Below, piece after piece: positions 1 through 11,546 of a DNA stretch of 64,000 nt. This DNA is from Centroscyllium fabricii (lineage: Eukaryota): the NCBI GenBank assembly GCA_051313645.2, contig JBNRSN020000029.1, positions 23,312,001 to 23,376,000 on the forward strand. The letters run 5' to 3'. The notes under the pieces were generated by a model. The model was not told where the DNA came from. It saw only the letters and a program-made list of their open reading frames with translations, and made no database searches. Positions within the stretch are counted from its first letter, which is position 1. Every line of letters begins with the position of its first letter. Position numbers and translations under genes: made by a program.

Positions 1-13
1 CATCCCACCCCAT

Positions 14-260
14 CCCGTGGCTCAGCGGTAGCAAACTGAAGCACCACTCCAGAGACTTGAGCACATAACCCAGGCTGTCACTCCAGTGTAGTACTGTGGT
101 AGTGCTACACTGTCGGCGGTGCTGTCTTTCTTGTCAGACGTTAATCCCGGGCCTCATGTCCCATTAGTGTATGCGGAAAAAACGATGCTTTCTCGCCCAT
201 TACTGATCTAACCACCAAAGACACTAAAATAGAAAACCTCGTCATTAATGTTGATAAATA
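14..260 (+). mobile_element. Degenerate Deu-domain SINE (SacSINE1/AmnSINE-like)
   Basis: tRNA-like head CCGTGGCTCAGCGGTAGCA, then GACTTGAGCACATAA..CAGGCTG..ACTCCAGTG..GGTGCTGTCTTTC. Copy at 48931-49177. Confidence 0.65.
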
Positions 261-581
261 TTTTTAAAATTACATTGCCTCCTAAACGAGAAGTTTACCT
301 TCCTGCTCCCTGATCATTTGCCTATGTTCCCACTAATATTTCATTTGGTGGCAATCTCTAGACGAAGTTTAAAAGAGTTCTCAATCTCAGCTCCACTTTC
401 ATTCAAGAATTCCAGTGAGCTGTATTAATTTTAACAAGCTACGATCACTGCAGGGGCAAAGCGTATCAAAGACCAGAACGCGAGCGAGGTTTTGAGGAAA
501 TTTGCCTTTCAAACTCTATTTTAGATAAGGTTTAATAAAATGCGCGGCAAGTGTATAAGCATCAAACGTGCAAAGCAATAA

Positions 582-663
582 CGAAGAGGATGCGATTCGA
601 ACCCACGCGTGCAGCGAACAATGGATTAATATTCCATAGCCCTAACATCTCCGCCAGCTCGTC
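582..663 (-). pseudogene. tRNA-Ser(GCT) pseudogene
   Basis: Reverse complement GACGAGCTGGCGGAGATGTTAGG...GCACGCGTGGGTTCGAATCGCATCCTCTTCG aligns to vertebrate Ser-GCT; anticodon arm mutated. Confidence 0.85.
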
Positions 664-776
664 GCACCGATCAGGCGCTGCCAGCCATTGCATTGGCTGC
701 TTTTAGCATCTAAGTAGAAATACCCTGTAAGGAATGTACTTTCCGTTTATTCTGCCGGTGCACACAGATCTACAAT

Positions 777-835
777 GCTGGTCAAAGCACCTGTTTTGAA
801 ATCAGGCGATCCTGGGTCGACTCCCAGCGGAGCCT
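777..835 (+). pseudogene. 5'-truncated tRNA-Thr(AGT) pseudogene
   Basis: GCTGGTCAAAGCACCTG...CCTGGGTCGACTCCCAGCGGAGCCT plus T-run; paralog of the intact gene at 27459 with the same 3' flank. Confidence 0.8.
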
Positions 836-1099
836 TTTTTGCCTTTATGACCCTCCAGGCGTGAGTTTCTTCCCGTGTGAAAAAGTTTGCATCCTTTTAA
901 ATGTATCTGCGGCTGCACCAGATCCCATTCTGGGTAAAGGCTGCAGTCGATGCGGGGCGTTGGTCGATTTCCACCGCTGCCATCATATCAGGCGAAGCTC
1001 CTTTTCTCCTGTTCACCAAAAATCAATATTTTCTAACTGTGTCATGTGTGACTTTTGCTATGTTCAGTGCAGACAATTATGCAGCAGGTGCTGTTTGGC

Positions 1100-1171
1100 G
1101 CCGTGATCGTATAGTGGTTAGTACTCTGCGTTGTGGTCGCAGGAACCTCGGTTCGAATCCGAGTCACGGCA
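1100..1171 (+). tRNA. tRNA-His-GTG: tRNA-His(GTG), near intact
   Basis: 72 nt GCCGTGATCGTATAGTGGTTAGTACTCTGCGTTGTGG...GGTTCGAATCCGAGTCACGGCA; two substitutions from the vertebrate consensus, stems pair. Confidence 0.93.
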
Positions 1172-1782
1172 CAGCTCGCTTTATGTTTTCTGCGGCATCT
1201 GCTATGAAAACACAGGAAAAAATAAATCTTTACTGCATGAAACAAACATTTTTGGCGGTAAAAAATAACTTACTCTTTCAAAGCCCGCGCTCACACGGGC
1301 CTGAGCCTGATGCTCCATAATTCAAACCCGCCTCTTCAACAGCTTTTTTCCCTTCCACAATCAATAGCCCTCCGTTACTTTCCTCCTTCCATTTCATTGT
1401 CACTTTCCTGCGGAATTGCCTAAATCGAACATTCACTTTCACCTCCTTACACCATTACGTTTGCTCTGCTCCCACCGCTATTGCTGGGGGCTCAAGTTCC
1501 ATTCGCAGCACTCAGAATTGGTGCTTTACAACCAGTTGCTACATTTAGACCCGGGGGACCGCTCGACAGACAAGCGTTGCGAAAGCAGGGCCGGCCTTCG
1601 GAAGCAAAAAACCGATTGCGCACGAAATATTCTTGTCGTAATGCTTACGGAGTCTGACTTTGCTGCTAATTGCAGTCGATATTGTTGTCAGACCCGGATC
1701 ATTCTGTGTCTCTTTAAAACGGGTTTCCTCAAACTCCAGGAACATTATGTGTATTAGTCCTTTTAAAAAGAGTGCGATTTCA

Positions 1783-1852
1783 GCTGCGGTGACTGAGTTG
1801 TTAAAGTGTTTGAAGTTGCATTGTGTTTCACTGCGCAGGTGCGAACCCAACT
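1783..1852 (+). pseudogene. tRNA-Ser(TGA-type) remnant without the Pro insert
   Basis: GCTGCGGTGACTGAGTTGTTAAAG...CTGCGCAGGTGCGAACCC; long variable arm Ser pattern. Confidence 0.6.
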
Positions 1853-1964
1853 ATTCATTAAATGGAAATATGATCATCTTTGGCTAAATTCACTTCTTTG
1901 TATGATCTGTTCCCTGAATTTGCTCACAATTCTCTCAATCAACTAGTCACTTACAGAAGACAGC

Positions 1965-2053
1965 AGCCACGTGGCCTAATGGATATGGCGTATGATTTCG
2001 ATGCTCAACAGGATATTATCAGCAGCTTTCAGGGTCGAGTTCTGGCGCGGTCG
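1965..2053 (+). pseudogene. Intron-containing tRNA-Arg(TCG) pseudogene (intron 2002-2017)
   Basis: GTGGCCTAATGGATA..GATTTCG-A[TGCTCAACAGGATATT]ATCAG..GCGGTCG. Confidence 0.8.
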
Positions 2054-2290
2054 TTTCCCTCACCAGGCAAAACCTTTTCTTTTCTGTTCTGAATCTGCCT
2101 TCAAACCGACCATTTCTGACAGTTCCTCACCTGAAGTAATATAAGGCCTTTTGCTCACAGAAGCTGATTGTAAATTTAGAAAATTGCAGACCTGGGAGAA
2201 AGTGCAGGACATGCGGTGAAGGGCACTTTCTTGCAGAGTATTGCTGTTTGAATGCATGAAATGGAATGGCTGAGTAGAATGTAGATATGA

Positions 2291-2371
2291 GACGAGGTAG
2301 CCGAGAGGTTACGGGGATGGACTTAATCCAATGTGCTCTCCACGCATGTGGTGAAAACCGCATCCTTGTCG
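2291..2371 (+). pseudogene. tRNA-Ser(GCT) pseudogene
   Basis: GACGAGGTAGCCGAGAGGTTA...; 2-nt deletion in the anticodon, T-arm decayed. Confidence 0.8.
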
Positions 2372-2719
2372 TGATTGTGCACAACTTCTGATGCCGATAA
2401 ACCTTTCTCTGTATTTTAGTTAGAATAGGCTTTGTTCATCATCTTGCCAGAGGGGATCCTGATCTGTGTCCCTGCATTCTTTCTAGCTTATAATATTAAA
2501 ATGGACAATTAGAATTGTTCACCCAGTTGTAATTGAATGAAGGTGGAGCAGTGATCAGGAATGGGAGATCGAACTCTCTCTCGCTCTCTTCCTTCTTCCT
2601 TTCTTCCTCGTAGATTGACAGGGAATGATAGACTAGCGGGGAAAAATAAATATTAGTGAACAGAAACATAATATTTGGGAAGAAATTTTACTTCAATCCG
2701 TTTGTCCAATCTTAATGAC

Positions 2720-2960
2720 CAGATAACCTGTTTAGTGTCTTTAGTTGAGTGATAAATAATGGGGAATACATTAGGAAGAATACTCTGGTCTTTTCAAAAT
2801 ATTGCCATGGGATCTAAGGCCTACGATTGACGACTCATCAGAAAATCGACATCGCTGACAGTGCAGCTCTCCCTCAGTACTGCACTGGAGTGTCAGCCTG
2901 GATTATGAACTCTGCAGTGGGGCTTCAGTTTGCTGCCGCTGAAACACGGCTGACACCTAA
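2720..2960 (-). mobile_element. Deu-domain SINE, reverse strand
   Basis: GCCATGGGATCT...CTGACAGTGCAGC.CTCCCTCAGTACTGCACTGGAGTGTCAGCCTGGATTATG; same cassette position as copies near 10420, 35100 and 36680. Confidence 0.7.
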
Positions 2961-3769
2961 ACTCAGTTCATTCGGCTGGAGAGAAATGACGGAGATAAAG
3001 AGAAAGATGGCAGTGGAGTGAAGTTCAACTTGGCGCACAAGAATAAAGCGGGAATCGTTATCGACCGTCTGTTATAAAAAGCGCCCGATTAATGATACCA
3101 TCGATTTCCTAAGCAATCCAAATCATGCAATGTCTATAACGAGCACTGGATCGATAGACGAATAGAATCTAAGAAATGATGCCCTGTATATCCAAATCCA
3201 GGTCATTAATATATATATAATAGAGCAGTGAATGTGGCCTCAGGCAGCGCATTACAGCCCTTCCCTGGGAAACGATATACCGCGGCCCGGCCAAACCTTC
3301 CCATACACCGCGCACAAGGACAGCAAAAACAGGCCCAGCAACATTTGCCGAGGAACCGGAATGAGAAACATTTTATTTTATCTGTGATAGTTGTAAATAT
3401 GTTTGCTGTCTCTCTGTTGTGTAGTTGTAAGTTTGTTGGAAGCGTCATTGATCAACCGGTTATTCACTTGGTTAACTCTTCATGGGCAAAACTTTAAATC
3501 TTTTTTGTGTTTCTCATTTTCGTCGGCTCTCATTGTGTAGACTGTATTTTAGGAGTTGGGTAAAGCTATTCAGTGCTTATGACACCAGGATCTGGTGTAG
3601 CCTTTGGTAAAACAACAGCTCGCTAATACATGAGAGTAACACGTGCTTCACTCTTTGGTGCAAACCCAGCCAATGGGCTTCACTTAAACAACATTGCGCC
3701 CCCCGCACGATTCGACAGCCTGAAATGTGCAAGTAAATGAGCTCGGATAAAACTCAATCTTCAAGCGCA

Positions 3770-3864
3770 GCTCTAGTGGCGCAATCGGTTAGTGCGCGGT
3801 ACTTATATGACAGTGCTCGCTCGGAGAAATGCCGAGGTTGTGAGTTCGAGCCTCACCTAGAGCA
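3770..3864 (+). tRNA. tRNA-Ile-TAT: tRNA-Ile(TAT) with 21-nt intron (3808-3828), apparently intact
   Basis: GCTCTAG/CTAGAGC acceptor stem, TAT at 3804-3806, intron TGACAGTGCTCGCTCGGAGAA, intact B box GAGTTCGAGC. Confidence 0.93.
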
Positions 3865-5289
3865 GTCAGTGCTTTTGCTGTGTGATATTCCGACCGGAGC
3901 TGAAGATACAATTGGTGTTTCCTGCAAAATATCAACTTATTGGCTGTTCCACATGGGCTCTTAGTTTTCTCAGGTCCACCGTGTTGTAATAACGGATGGG
4001 AGTTTTAAAGGAGCCCTTCAGTGTTACTTATTCACATCAGGGAAAGAGGGTCCAGTTTTAACTGTTAAAGGCGTGTTAGATGGGGAGTATTTCTGTTTGT
4101 TCACAAAAAGCAGGATATGGAATGTGTGACCAAGCTTCCCAGCATTTGACTGAATCTTACACAAAATTAGCTTTAAATTCAATGTTGGTCCAAACCACTG
4201 GTCTTGGCCCGTTCTTTGTTCAGATCTGGTTAAAATTAGCACGGCCCACTGAAATTCTTCACCTTCTCGAATGAAGGTGAAACATTGACCGCGAATCGGA
4301 CAAAGAACTGACTTCCTTCTTCCTTCAGCTCGTTCGGCTGGAGTGAAATGGCGGAGTTTAAAAAAGATGAGATCCAAACAGAAACAATGCGCACGAAAGG
4401 CCTCTTCACCGTAAGTCCTGCCCGTTACATCCGGATCCACAAGTTTGAAAATATACAGTCAGCTTCTGTGAAGAAAAGGAATTTAGATATTTTCGTTACA
4501 TGAGGTCAGTGATTGTTGGAAATGGTCAGGTGTAAAACAGGTGCGATCCAGTTTAGAACCCAGTGTACAAACCGACCGCCGCAGACTGGAAACTACAATT
4601 ATCTGATAACATTATAATACACGTCAACGTTAAACATCTTATCCATGCTGTGATGCGGTTATCATTATCTGATTCCTAATTGTTCTTGAAATTCCACTGA
4701 ATTAACTGACTGGCGGAATCACGTTAACTCCAGGTGATCGGCTCGGCTCACCCTTGGGCCGAGTGGCGAGTGGAGCAAACACATTCTGCAACTGATTCCT
4801 TTATATTCTTCAGGGATGGGAAACTGCCCCCTACACTTCCTGTCACACAAGTGGCCCCAGTCCCAGTCCACATTCAGAAAGCTTAATCACCTCTGAGCTG
4901 GACTGGCGATCCATTTTCAAGAAGGAGGCTCATTGTCTGCTCAGCAGAAAAGTCAATCTGCTGGACGTCCAGCTCTGCCAGACTGCATGTTCCTTCAGAC
5001 AGCTTTCCAACTGGACACAAGCATCCAACTGCCGGGCAAGCATTGCTGACTAGTTCAAGTCACCAATATTAGACTCTTCTTAAAAAGTAGTTTTGAAACT
5101 ACGACTTGTATTATCAAATAAGGTATTTCAGAATTAATAGCTCAACATTGTCGTCTGTCTCCGCATCCTCATATAATCCACTCTAGAATAGTCAACTGTA
5201 TTCAAAATGTTGCATTATTTTACTGTGACCGCTAATAATCATTAGAGTGAAGACATTTGCCACGAATACTCATCATTTTCTGTCCTATA

Positions 5290-7830
5290 TGCGTGGCTGG
5301 AGAGATGGTCAATGTGTGGGGGCTTTATTGCTGAGGCATTTGGATCATTTCTGGAGAAGGTGGGTCCTATAAATGGTGAATGGGTTACACTTCAAGTGAA
5401 CCAGAACCAACATTCTGGTGGGAGGGTTAGCTGGTGCAGTTGGTGAGAGTTTAATCCAACTTGGCAGGGGGATGGGCACCAGATTAGAGGAGCAGAAAAG
5501 AGGACTAAGGTGCATAAAAGAGTGAGCGTGTTGGAAAATAATAGAGAAGAATGTAGCCCTGGAGGCGGATGTAGTACAATATTAGAGAGGAGCAAACTGA
5601 GAAAGACTACGAAAAATTAAAAAATGGGTTTACAATGCATGTACATAAATGTGGTAAATAAGGTTGGTCAGTAGACGCACAATTAGCTGTGTGACAATAT
5701 GATGCTGTAGCAAAAACCAAAACGGGCCTTTAAAACGGTAAGGACTTGGCATTTATTGTTAAAGGGTACAAGATGTTCAGAAAAGATATGGGAGGAACAA
5801 TGGTTGGTGGAGTGACAGCGCTGATTAATGAGGACATCGTAGTGTTGGACACGGAGAATGTGCTTGAGGAGTTAAAGACAGAATCCGTTTCGTTAGAGTT
5901 GATGAGAAAAAAGGTTGTGAGCACGGAATTGGGGGTATTCTAAAGGCCCCCAAATAGTGAGAGGGAGATAGAGCTTCAAATCTGCAGCGAAATCGGAGAC
6001 ATATGCCAGAGCTATAGAGTAGTGATATTGGAGGACTTTATTTACCCAAATATCGATCGGGAGAATGCTACATGTAAAGGAACGTAGGAGGAGGAAGTTC
6101 TGAAATGTGTTCAGGAGAAATCCCTTGACCAGTATATTCATTGCCCAAGTAGGAAGGAGGCGTTTCTGAACCTGATACTGCAGAATAAGTTGTGCCAGGT
6201 CGAACAATTGTCCGTCGGAGAACACTTGCAGTGATCATAATATCATAAGATTTAGATTAGCAATGGAGATGAGCAATCAACAATCTATAGTGGACGTCTA
6301 AACTGGAATAAGGCTAACTTCAATAGGAAGTGAAATGATCCAGCCAGGCTAAAATTGTACCAAATGATGAATGGGAAAGCTGTAACGTATCAAATAGTGA
6401 TCTTTAGGGAGGAGATGTTCCAAGTAAAGGCTAGATGCATTCCAAAAAGAGGGAAGGGTAAGGGAACCAAATCAAGAGCTCGTTGGATGACAGGAGAGTT
6501 GGAGAAGATGATGAAACAGAAAAAGAGGGTATATGATGAAGGTCAGGTGAATTCTTCAACGGTAAATCAGACCAAGTACAATAAGTTGAGAGGGGAAGTG
6601 AAGATGAAAGTAAGATTAGTGAAGAAAGAACATGAGAGTAGAATGGCGGTTAACATAAAAGGAAAACCCAAAACAGTAAAGCGGGTAATAAGAGGTGGGA
6701 TGGGGTCCATTACAGACAAGGAAGGTGATAGGATTCTCCGAGGTGCAGGGCAATGCCAGAATACTCAATGAGTGCTTTGTATCGTTGGTTCCTAAAGAGG
6801 TGGAAGCTAACAAAATATCAGTAGAATTGGAAACGGTAGAAGCAACGGAAGAATGTACTATATAGGCTGGTTATGCTTAGAGTGGAGAAGTCGCCTGGTC
6901 CAGATGGCTTGTATTACAGGTTGCTAAGCGAATTGCTTGAGGAGTTGGCGGAAGTGCGTGGCATAATTTTCCAATCTTCCCTAGATGCGGGGGAGGTGCC
7001 AGAGGATTGGACATTGGCAAATTTGACACCATTGTTAAAGAAAACGTCTAGGGACCAGCCAATAATTACAGGCCGGTCAGTTTAAAATCTGTGGTGGGTA
7101 AAGTTTCAGAAACAATAATGAAGTCTAAAATTAATGGGCAATTGGCGATGTTTAAGCTAATTAAGGAGAGCCAACATGGGTTTTTAAAGCAGAGATCGTG
7201 TTTGCGTAATCAAATTTAATTTTTTGATGAAGTAACAGGGAGGATTGATGAAGGGAATGCACTGGATGTTGTCTGAATGGACTTACAGAAGGAGACTGAC
7301 AAAGTAACACATAGAAGGCTAGTTGACAACATTGAAGCTCGTGGAATAGATGGATCAGTGGCAACTTGGAGTGGTGCAGCGCAGATTTACCAGATTAATA
7401 CCGAGGCTTACAGGGTAATCTTTTGAGGAGTAATTGCATAAACTAGGCTTCTGTTCTCTTGAATTTAGTGGATTGATGGGTGAGCTCAGCATGGTGTTTA
7501 AAGTGTTAAAATGTTTAATCGTGTTGATAGAGTTTAACTAGTTCATCTGTCTGGGAATCAAGTACAAGAGGGGAAAACTTGAAACTACAGCCGCTCCATT
7601 CAAAGGCAAATCCGAAAGCATCTTTTCACATAAAGGTTTGCAGCAATCTGAAACTCTCCACACGATAATTCCGTGGGGTCAATTGTTGCTTCCAATACTG
7701 GGACTGACAAGTTGGAGTTAAGCAAGTCAATCAAGTTATGTGGAGCAATGGCAGAAAAATGTAGGGTAGGTGCAGATCAGCCATCATCTAATGTAATGTT
7801 GGAGCAGGTAGAAGTTTGAAAGGACTAATC
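5290..7830 (+). mobile_element. Old degenerate CR1 LINE (ORF1 end, APE, partial RT, 3' end)
   Basis: Fragmented ORFs with KSPGPDG, VPEDW..ANLTPL, SQHGF..NQIEFFDEVT motifs; many stops; internal deletion near 7368. Confidence 0.85.
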
Positions 7831-8039
7831 GCGCTCTAAGGTCGTGAATTCTGTTCTCTTCCTTCTCAGAGATCGTTACCCTACATTAGCTGTCAGCAGA
7901 CTGGATCAATAAATCTTATTTGCACTCCTTCTAATTTGGAAGGTAGATTCACACGAAGCAACTCCACCCTTCATTCTCCTTTTCCAGTGCCGGCACAGCT
8001 AGAAGCAGAGGAAATGGCAGTTGTACCAGGTTCAACCAC

Positions 8040-8560
8040 ACACAGCAGTACCTTAAATCTAGTCCCCCAGACACCCTCCAGTTTAAATCCCTCCAAACCC
8101 AAGAGCAGAACCCAGAAAAGAGTCCCCTGTGTCAGTTGGTATTGAGACAAACTACTCCTACTCATTCAATCCTTGACCAGTCTCATATCAACACTACTTT
8201 CCAAACACCAATTAGAATGAACCAAATCATCAAACAATGCGAAGAAACCTATTTGGAACATTGGGATAAAGCAACCAAAAAACAAAGCAGATTACAATGA
8301 TACCGTGCCCTGAAAAGAGATGATAAATTGGCAGAATATCTCTCAACTGTCAGAAATATAAAGCAGAGACAGACCCTCACTAGGTACAGACTAAGTTACC
8401 ACCAGTTGGCAGTCGAAAAAGGAAGACAGAAGAAATCCTGGCAGCCAAGAGAAAATAGAATATGCGGTCAATGTCTGAGAGATGAGGTTGAAACAGAGGT
8501 GCACTTCCTCCTAAAATGCAAAAGATTCGACAAAACAAGGTTTACCGGTGAAAACACAAG
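8040..8560 (+). mobile_element. 3' fragment of a non-LTR element with C-terminal CCHC finger (RTE-X-like)
   Basis: ORF 8328-8573: LTRYRLSYHQLAVEKGR...PRENRICGQC..EVETEVHFLLKC. Clade assignment from memory. Confidence 0.7.
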
Positions 8561-9051
8561 CTCACTGAGGTAGAAGATTGTCGCATCATAGAACCATAGA
8601 ATGACGCACTTTCCCACAGCCCCGCACATTGTTCGTCATCAAATCATTATCCAATACCCTGCTGAAAGTTACCGCAGTATTGGCCCAACAGCTCAGGCAA
8701 TGCAATCCAGATCATAGCTACCCTCCGAGTAATAAAGCAATCTCATCATCTCACATCTGGTTCTTTTGCCATTTAAATCAATAATTTAAATCTGTGCTCG
8801 ATAAATCTGTGTAGCTAAGGGTAGGAATGGATTTGCTTTCAAAGCAGGTGGTTGAAGTTGAGATCCAGGTCAGACATGATCTCACTGAATGGCGGAAAAG
8901 GCTCGATGGGCTGAATGGCCCACTCCTGTTCCTATTTCCTGTCAATCGGCGGAGCTTCTGCTGTAAATGTAGGAAGGTGCCTGGATATATGAAATATAAC
9001 TATGACAATTTCTTTCCCAATGGTTGCAATTCTCGGATGAGTTATCACCTC

Positions 9052-9134
9052 CACCAGAGTAGTGGTCTAACCTGCACGAATTGACATAGACTCGAACTTT
9101 ATCTTGAATCGTTAAACCACTCGGCCATGTTGGT
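9052..9134 (-). pseudogene. Highly decayed tRNA-Leu(TAA)-like pseudogene
   Basis: Reverse complement starts ACCAACATGGCCGAGTGGTT and ends CTCTGGT; 83 nt, long variable arm. Confidence 0.55.
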
Positions 9135-9279
9135 GATATTAATAGCGACGCGCAGTTGTACACAATTCAACAAATTCCTTTCACATCAAAATACCAACCC
9201 ATTGATAATGCCATTGATTTGAGAGCTGCTGTGGAAGAATTTAACATCAGTTACTTTCCAGTTTCCTGCTCCTCACCGT

Positions 9280-10280
9280 CTGCTTTTCATTATGGGCTTC
9301 CATTCCCTCTACACCTCCAGCAGGGCGGCTGAAGTGCTCTCCGCTTCTTCCTTGAATGGAGGCCAACACAGTCCCTATTCACTAACACCCTCCTCCGCCT
9401 GGCTGAACTTGTTTTGAACATACATTGAACTATTTCTCATTTGAATCCACTCACATGAACCAACTAAGGCCACTTGCTTCCACCGCTAACTTGACGACAC
9501 TTCCTCCCACCTTGATTCCTGTAACTATATTCCTTTATCTCGGTTTCTCCGTCTCCATCACATCTCTTCTGATGACGGCACATTCCGATGTGTTTCATTT
9601 TTGCCTCAGCCGAGGAACTGCCTCCACAATGGTGGGCAGGACCCTAGACATTGGCCGTTCTATTTCCCTCACTCAGGTTCTCACCCATTCCCCTCCCTAT
9701 CAGCAGCACGATAGGGTTCCCCTTGTCCTCAGCTTTCACCCCACCAGCCACCACATTCAACGGATTATCCTCTGCCATTTCCAGCACCTCCAGCGTGATC
9801 CCACCACCAAACACATCTTCCCCTCCCGTCCCCTTTCAGCATTCGTAAGAGACCGCTTCCTCTGTGACACTCTGTGACACTCATCTATCACCCGACCATC
9901 CCTTCCCCTTCCCACGGCACCTGCCTGTGCCAAAGCAGGAGATGCAACACCGGCCATTTTACCCCCTCCTTTCCTAAAGTCCAGGGTCCCAACACACTTT
10001 CCAGGTGAAACTTCGAATTGCTTCTTCTTCTTGCAATTTCGTAATCTGTAATAGCTGCCGATTACTCTTCATTGGGGAGACCACACACAGATTGGGTGAT
10101 CGTTTTGCCAAACACCTCACTTCAGTCCACAAGCTTCCGGTCGCTGGTCATCTTAATTCTCCTCCCCACTCTCATTCTGACCTCTCAGTCGTAGGCCGCC
10201 CACACTGTTCTAATGAAGTTCAATCGGAGCTCGAACAACAGCACCTCATCTTTCGAATAGGCACTTGTTAGCCTGCCCTC
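9280..10280 (+). mobile_element. Penelope-like element fragment (RT C-terminus plus GIY-YIG endonuclease)
   Basis: RVPLVLSFHPTSHHIQRII..HFQHLQRDPTTKHIFPS; C..LFIGETTHRLGDRFAKHL..VAGHLNSPPHS..EQQHLIFRIGT. Confidence 0.85.
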
Positions 10281-10842
10281 GACCTTTTCCTCGTCCTTTG
10301 CTAAATGGCTTTATCTGAATTCACCTGCTCAAGAACATTACTGCGTGTTTCCTACAGAACTCAATAAGCTCCAGCGAGGCAGAGGATTGAGCCTCCTAGA
10401 GTGAGTCGGTTGACCGCCACACCAGAAAGACGGCACCGCTGACATTTCAGTTCTCCCTCAGCACTGCAATAAATGGAGTGTCAGCCAGGATTATGTGCTC
10501 AGGTCTCTGGAGTGTGACTTGCGGTTGCTCCCGCTGAGCTACGTCTGACACCTAAACTCAGTTCAATCGGCTGGAATGAAATGACGGAAATAAAGTGAAT
10601 ATGATAATGGAGCAAAACTTCAAATTGGCCCATTAGATTAAATCGCGCGTCGTAATCTGCCGCCCATGAGAGAAACCGCCGATTTATATTTCCATCGATT
10701 TCATAATCAATGATAATCAGGCTGTTTATAATGGCGGGGTCGAGGTCAGTCAAGGTTCACTATGTGTCTGTTTAAACCGGGTGTGCTCACAGTCCCGCAG
10801 CATTCAGTGTGTCAGTATACTTTTTAAAGAAAAGCGATCCCA

Positions 10843-11035
10843 GATATAATGGCTGAGTTGGTGAGTTTTAACTAAATATGGCGGGGATCGTTCGGAATTG
10901 GAACCCGGGACCTCTCGCATTTTAAGTAGCGCAATTCCCACAGCGAGAATCATTCCGCTTGACCAACGAGCCGCCGAGGACCTGACCGAAATTGCATTAG
11001 GTTGCCCTGCGCTGTTGTGAACCCAGTTCGCAGAG
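10843..11035 (+). pseudogene. Split tRNA-Ser(TGA-type) remnant enclosing an antisense Pro gene
   Basis: 5' half GATATAATGGCTGAGTTGGTGAG (10843-10865); 3' half GAAATTGCATTAGGTTGCCCTGCGC..GAACCCAGTTCGCAG (10988-11035); flanks match the uninterrupted remnants at 1783 and 28498. Confidence 0.6.
10884..10972 (-). pseudogene. Intron-containing tRNA-Pro(TGG), degenerate (intron 10920-10936)
   Basis: Reverse complement GGCTCGTTGGTCAAGCGGAATGATTCTCGCTGTGGG[AATTGCGCTACTTAAAA]TGCGAGAGGTCCCGGGTTCCAATTCCGAACGATCCC. Confidence 0.88.
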
Positions 11036-11152
11036 GACCTGTTCATTGATTTTAAATTTGTTTATCTTTCCTGAAATTCACTTATTTATATGAGCAGTTT
11101 CCCTGAATCTGCTCGCAATTCTCCGCATAAGAACAACGTCGGCGTTAGCAGC

Positions 11153-11223
11153 GGCCGCGTGTCCTAATGGATAATGCGTCCGACTTCGGTGTAAATCGTT
11201 CAGTTATCAGAAGAGTGCAGGTT
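11153..11223 (+). pseudogene. Intron-containing tRNA-Arg(TCG), 3'-deleted (intron 11190-11205)
   Basis: GGCCGCGTGTCCTAATGGATAA..GACTTCGG[TGTAAATCGTTCAGTT]ATCAGAAGAGTGCAGGTT; 3' T-arm and acceptor strand missing. Confidence 0.85.
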
Positions 11224-11464
11224 GTTTAAATATATGGGATAATCTTTTTTTCCCTATTCTGAACCTGGCTTCAAACCGAGCATTTCTTACAATCCCCCAC
11301 CTGAAAATAACGGAAGGCCTTACATGAAGCTGATTGAACATTTTAAACATTGAAGGTCTGAGTGCACGGACAGGACAACTGGTGAAGGGGACCTTCGTTC
11401 AGATTTGTTTCTGCCTAGATGCAAATGACAGGAAATGGAATGATTGAGTACAGTGCATCCGACA

Positions 11465-11546
11465 GACGATGTCGCCGAGACGTTAAAGCTATGAAATGCT
11501 AATCCATTGTGCTCTCCACGCTTGGGTTCGAATATCATCCTCGTCG
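11465..11546 (+). pseudogene. tRNA-Ser(GCT) pseudogene
   Basis: Full length with GCT anticodon and GGTTCGAAT; D-arm and stems mutated. Confidence 0.85.

Noticed and set aside
1625-1710. Arg-like 5' fragment (clearer at 28350: TGGCCTAATGGATACGGCG)
   Set aside because: Too decayed to define a gene; no 3' half found.
861-4440. Short ORFs conserved between 861-4440 and 49778-53357
   Set aside because: Conservation only reflects the recent duplication; they overlap tRNA genes and spacers and have no recognisable domains.
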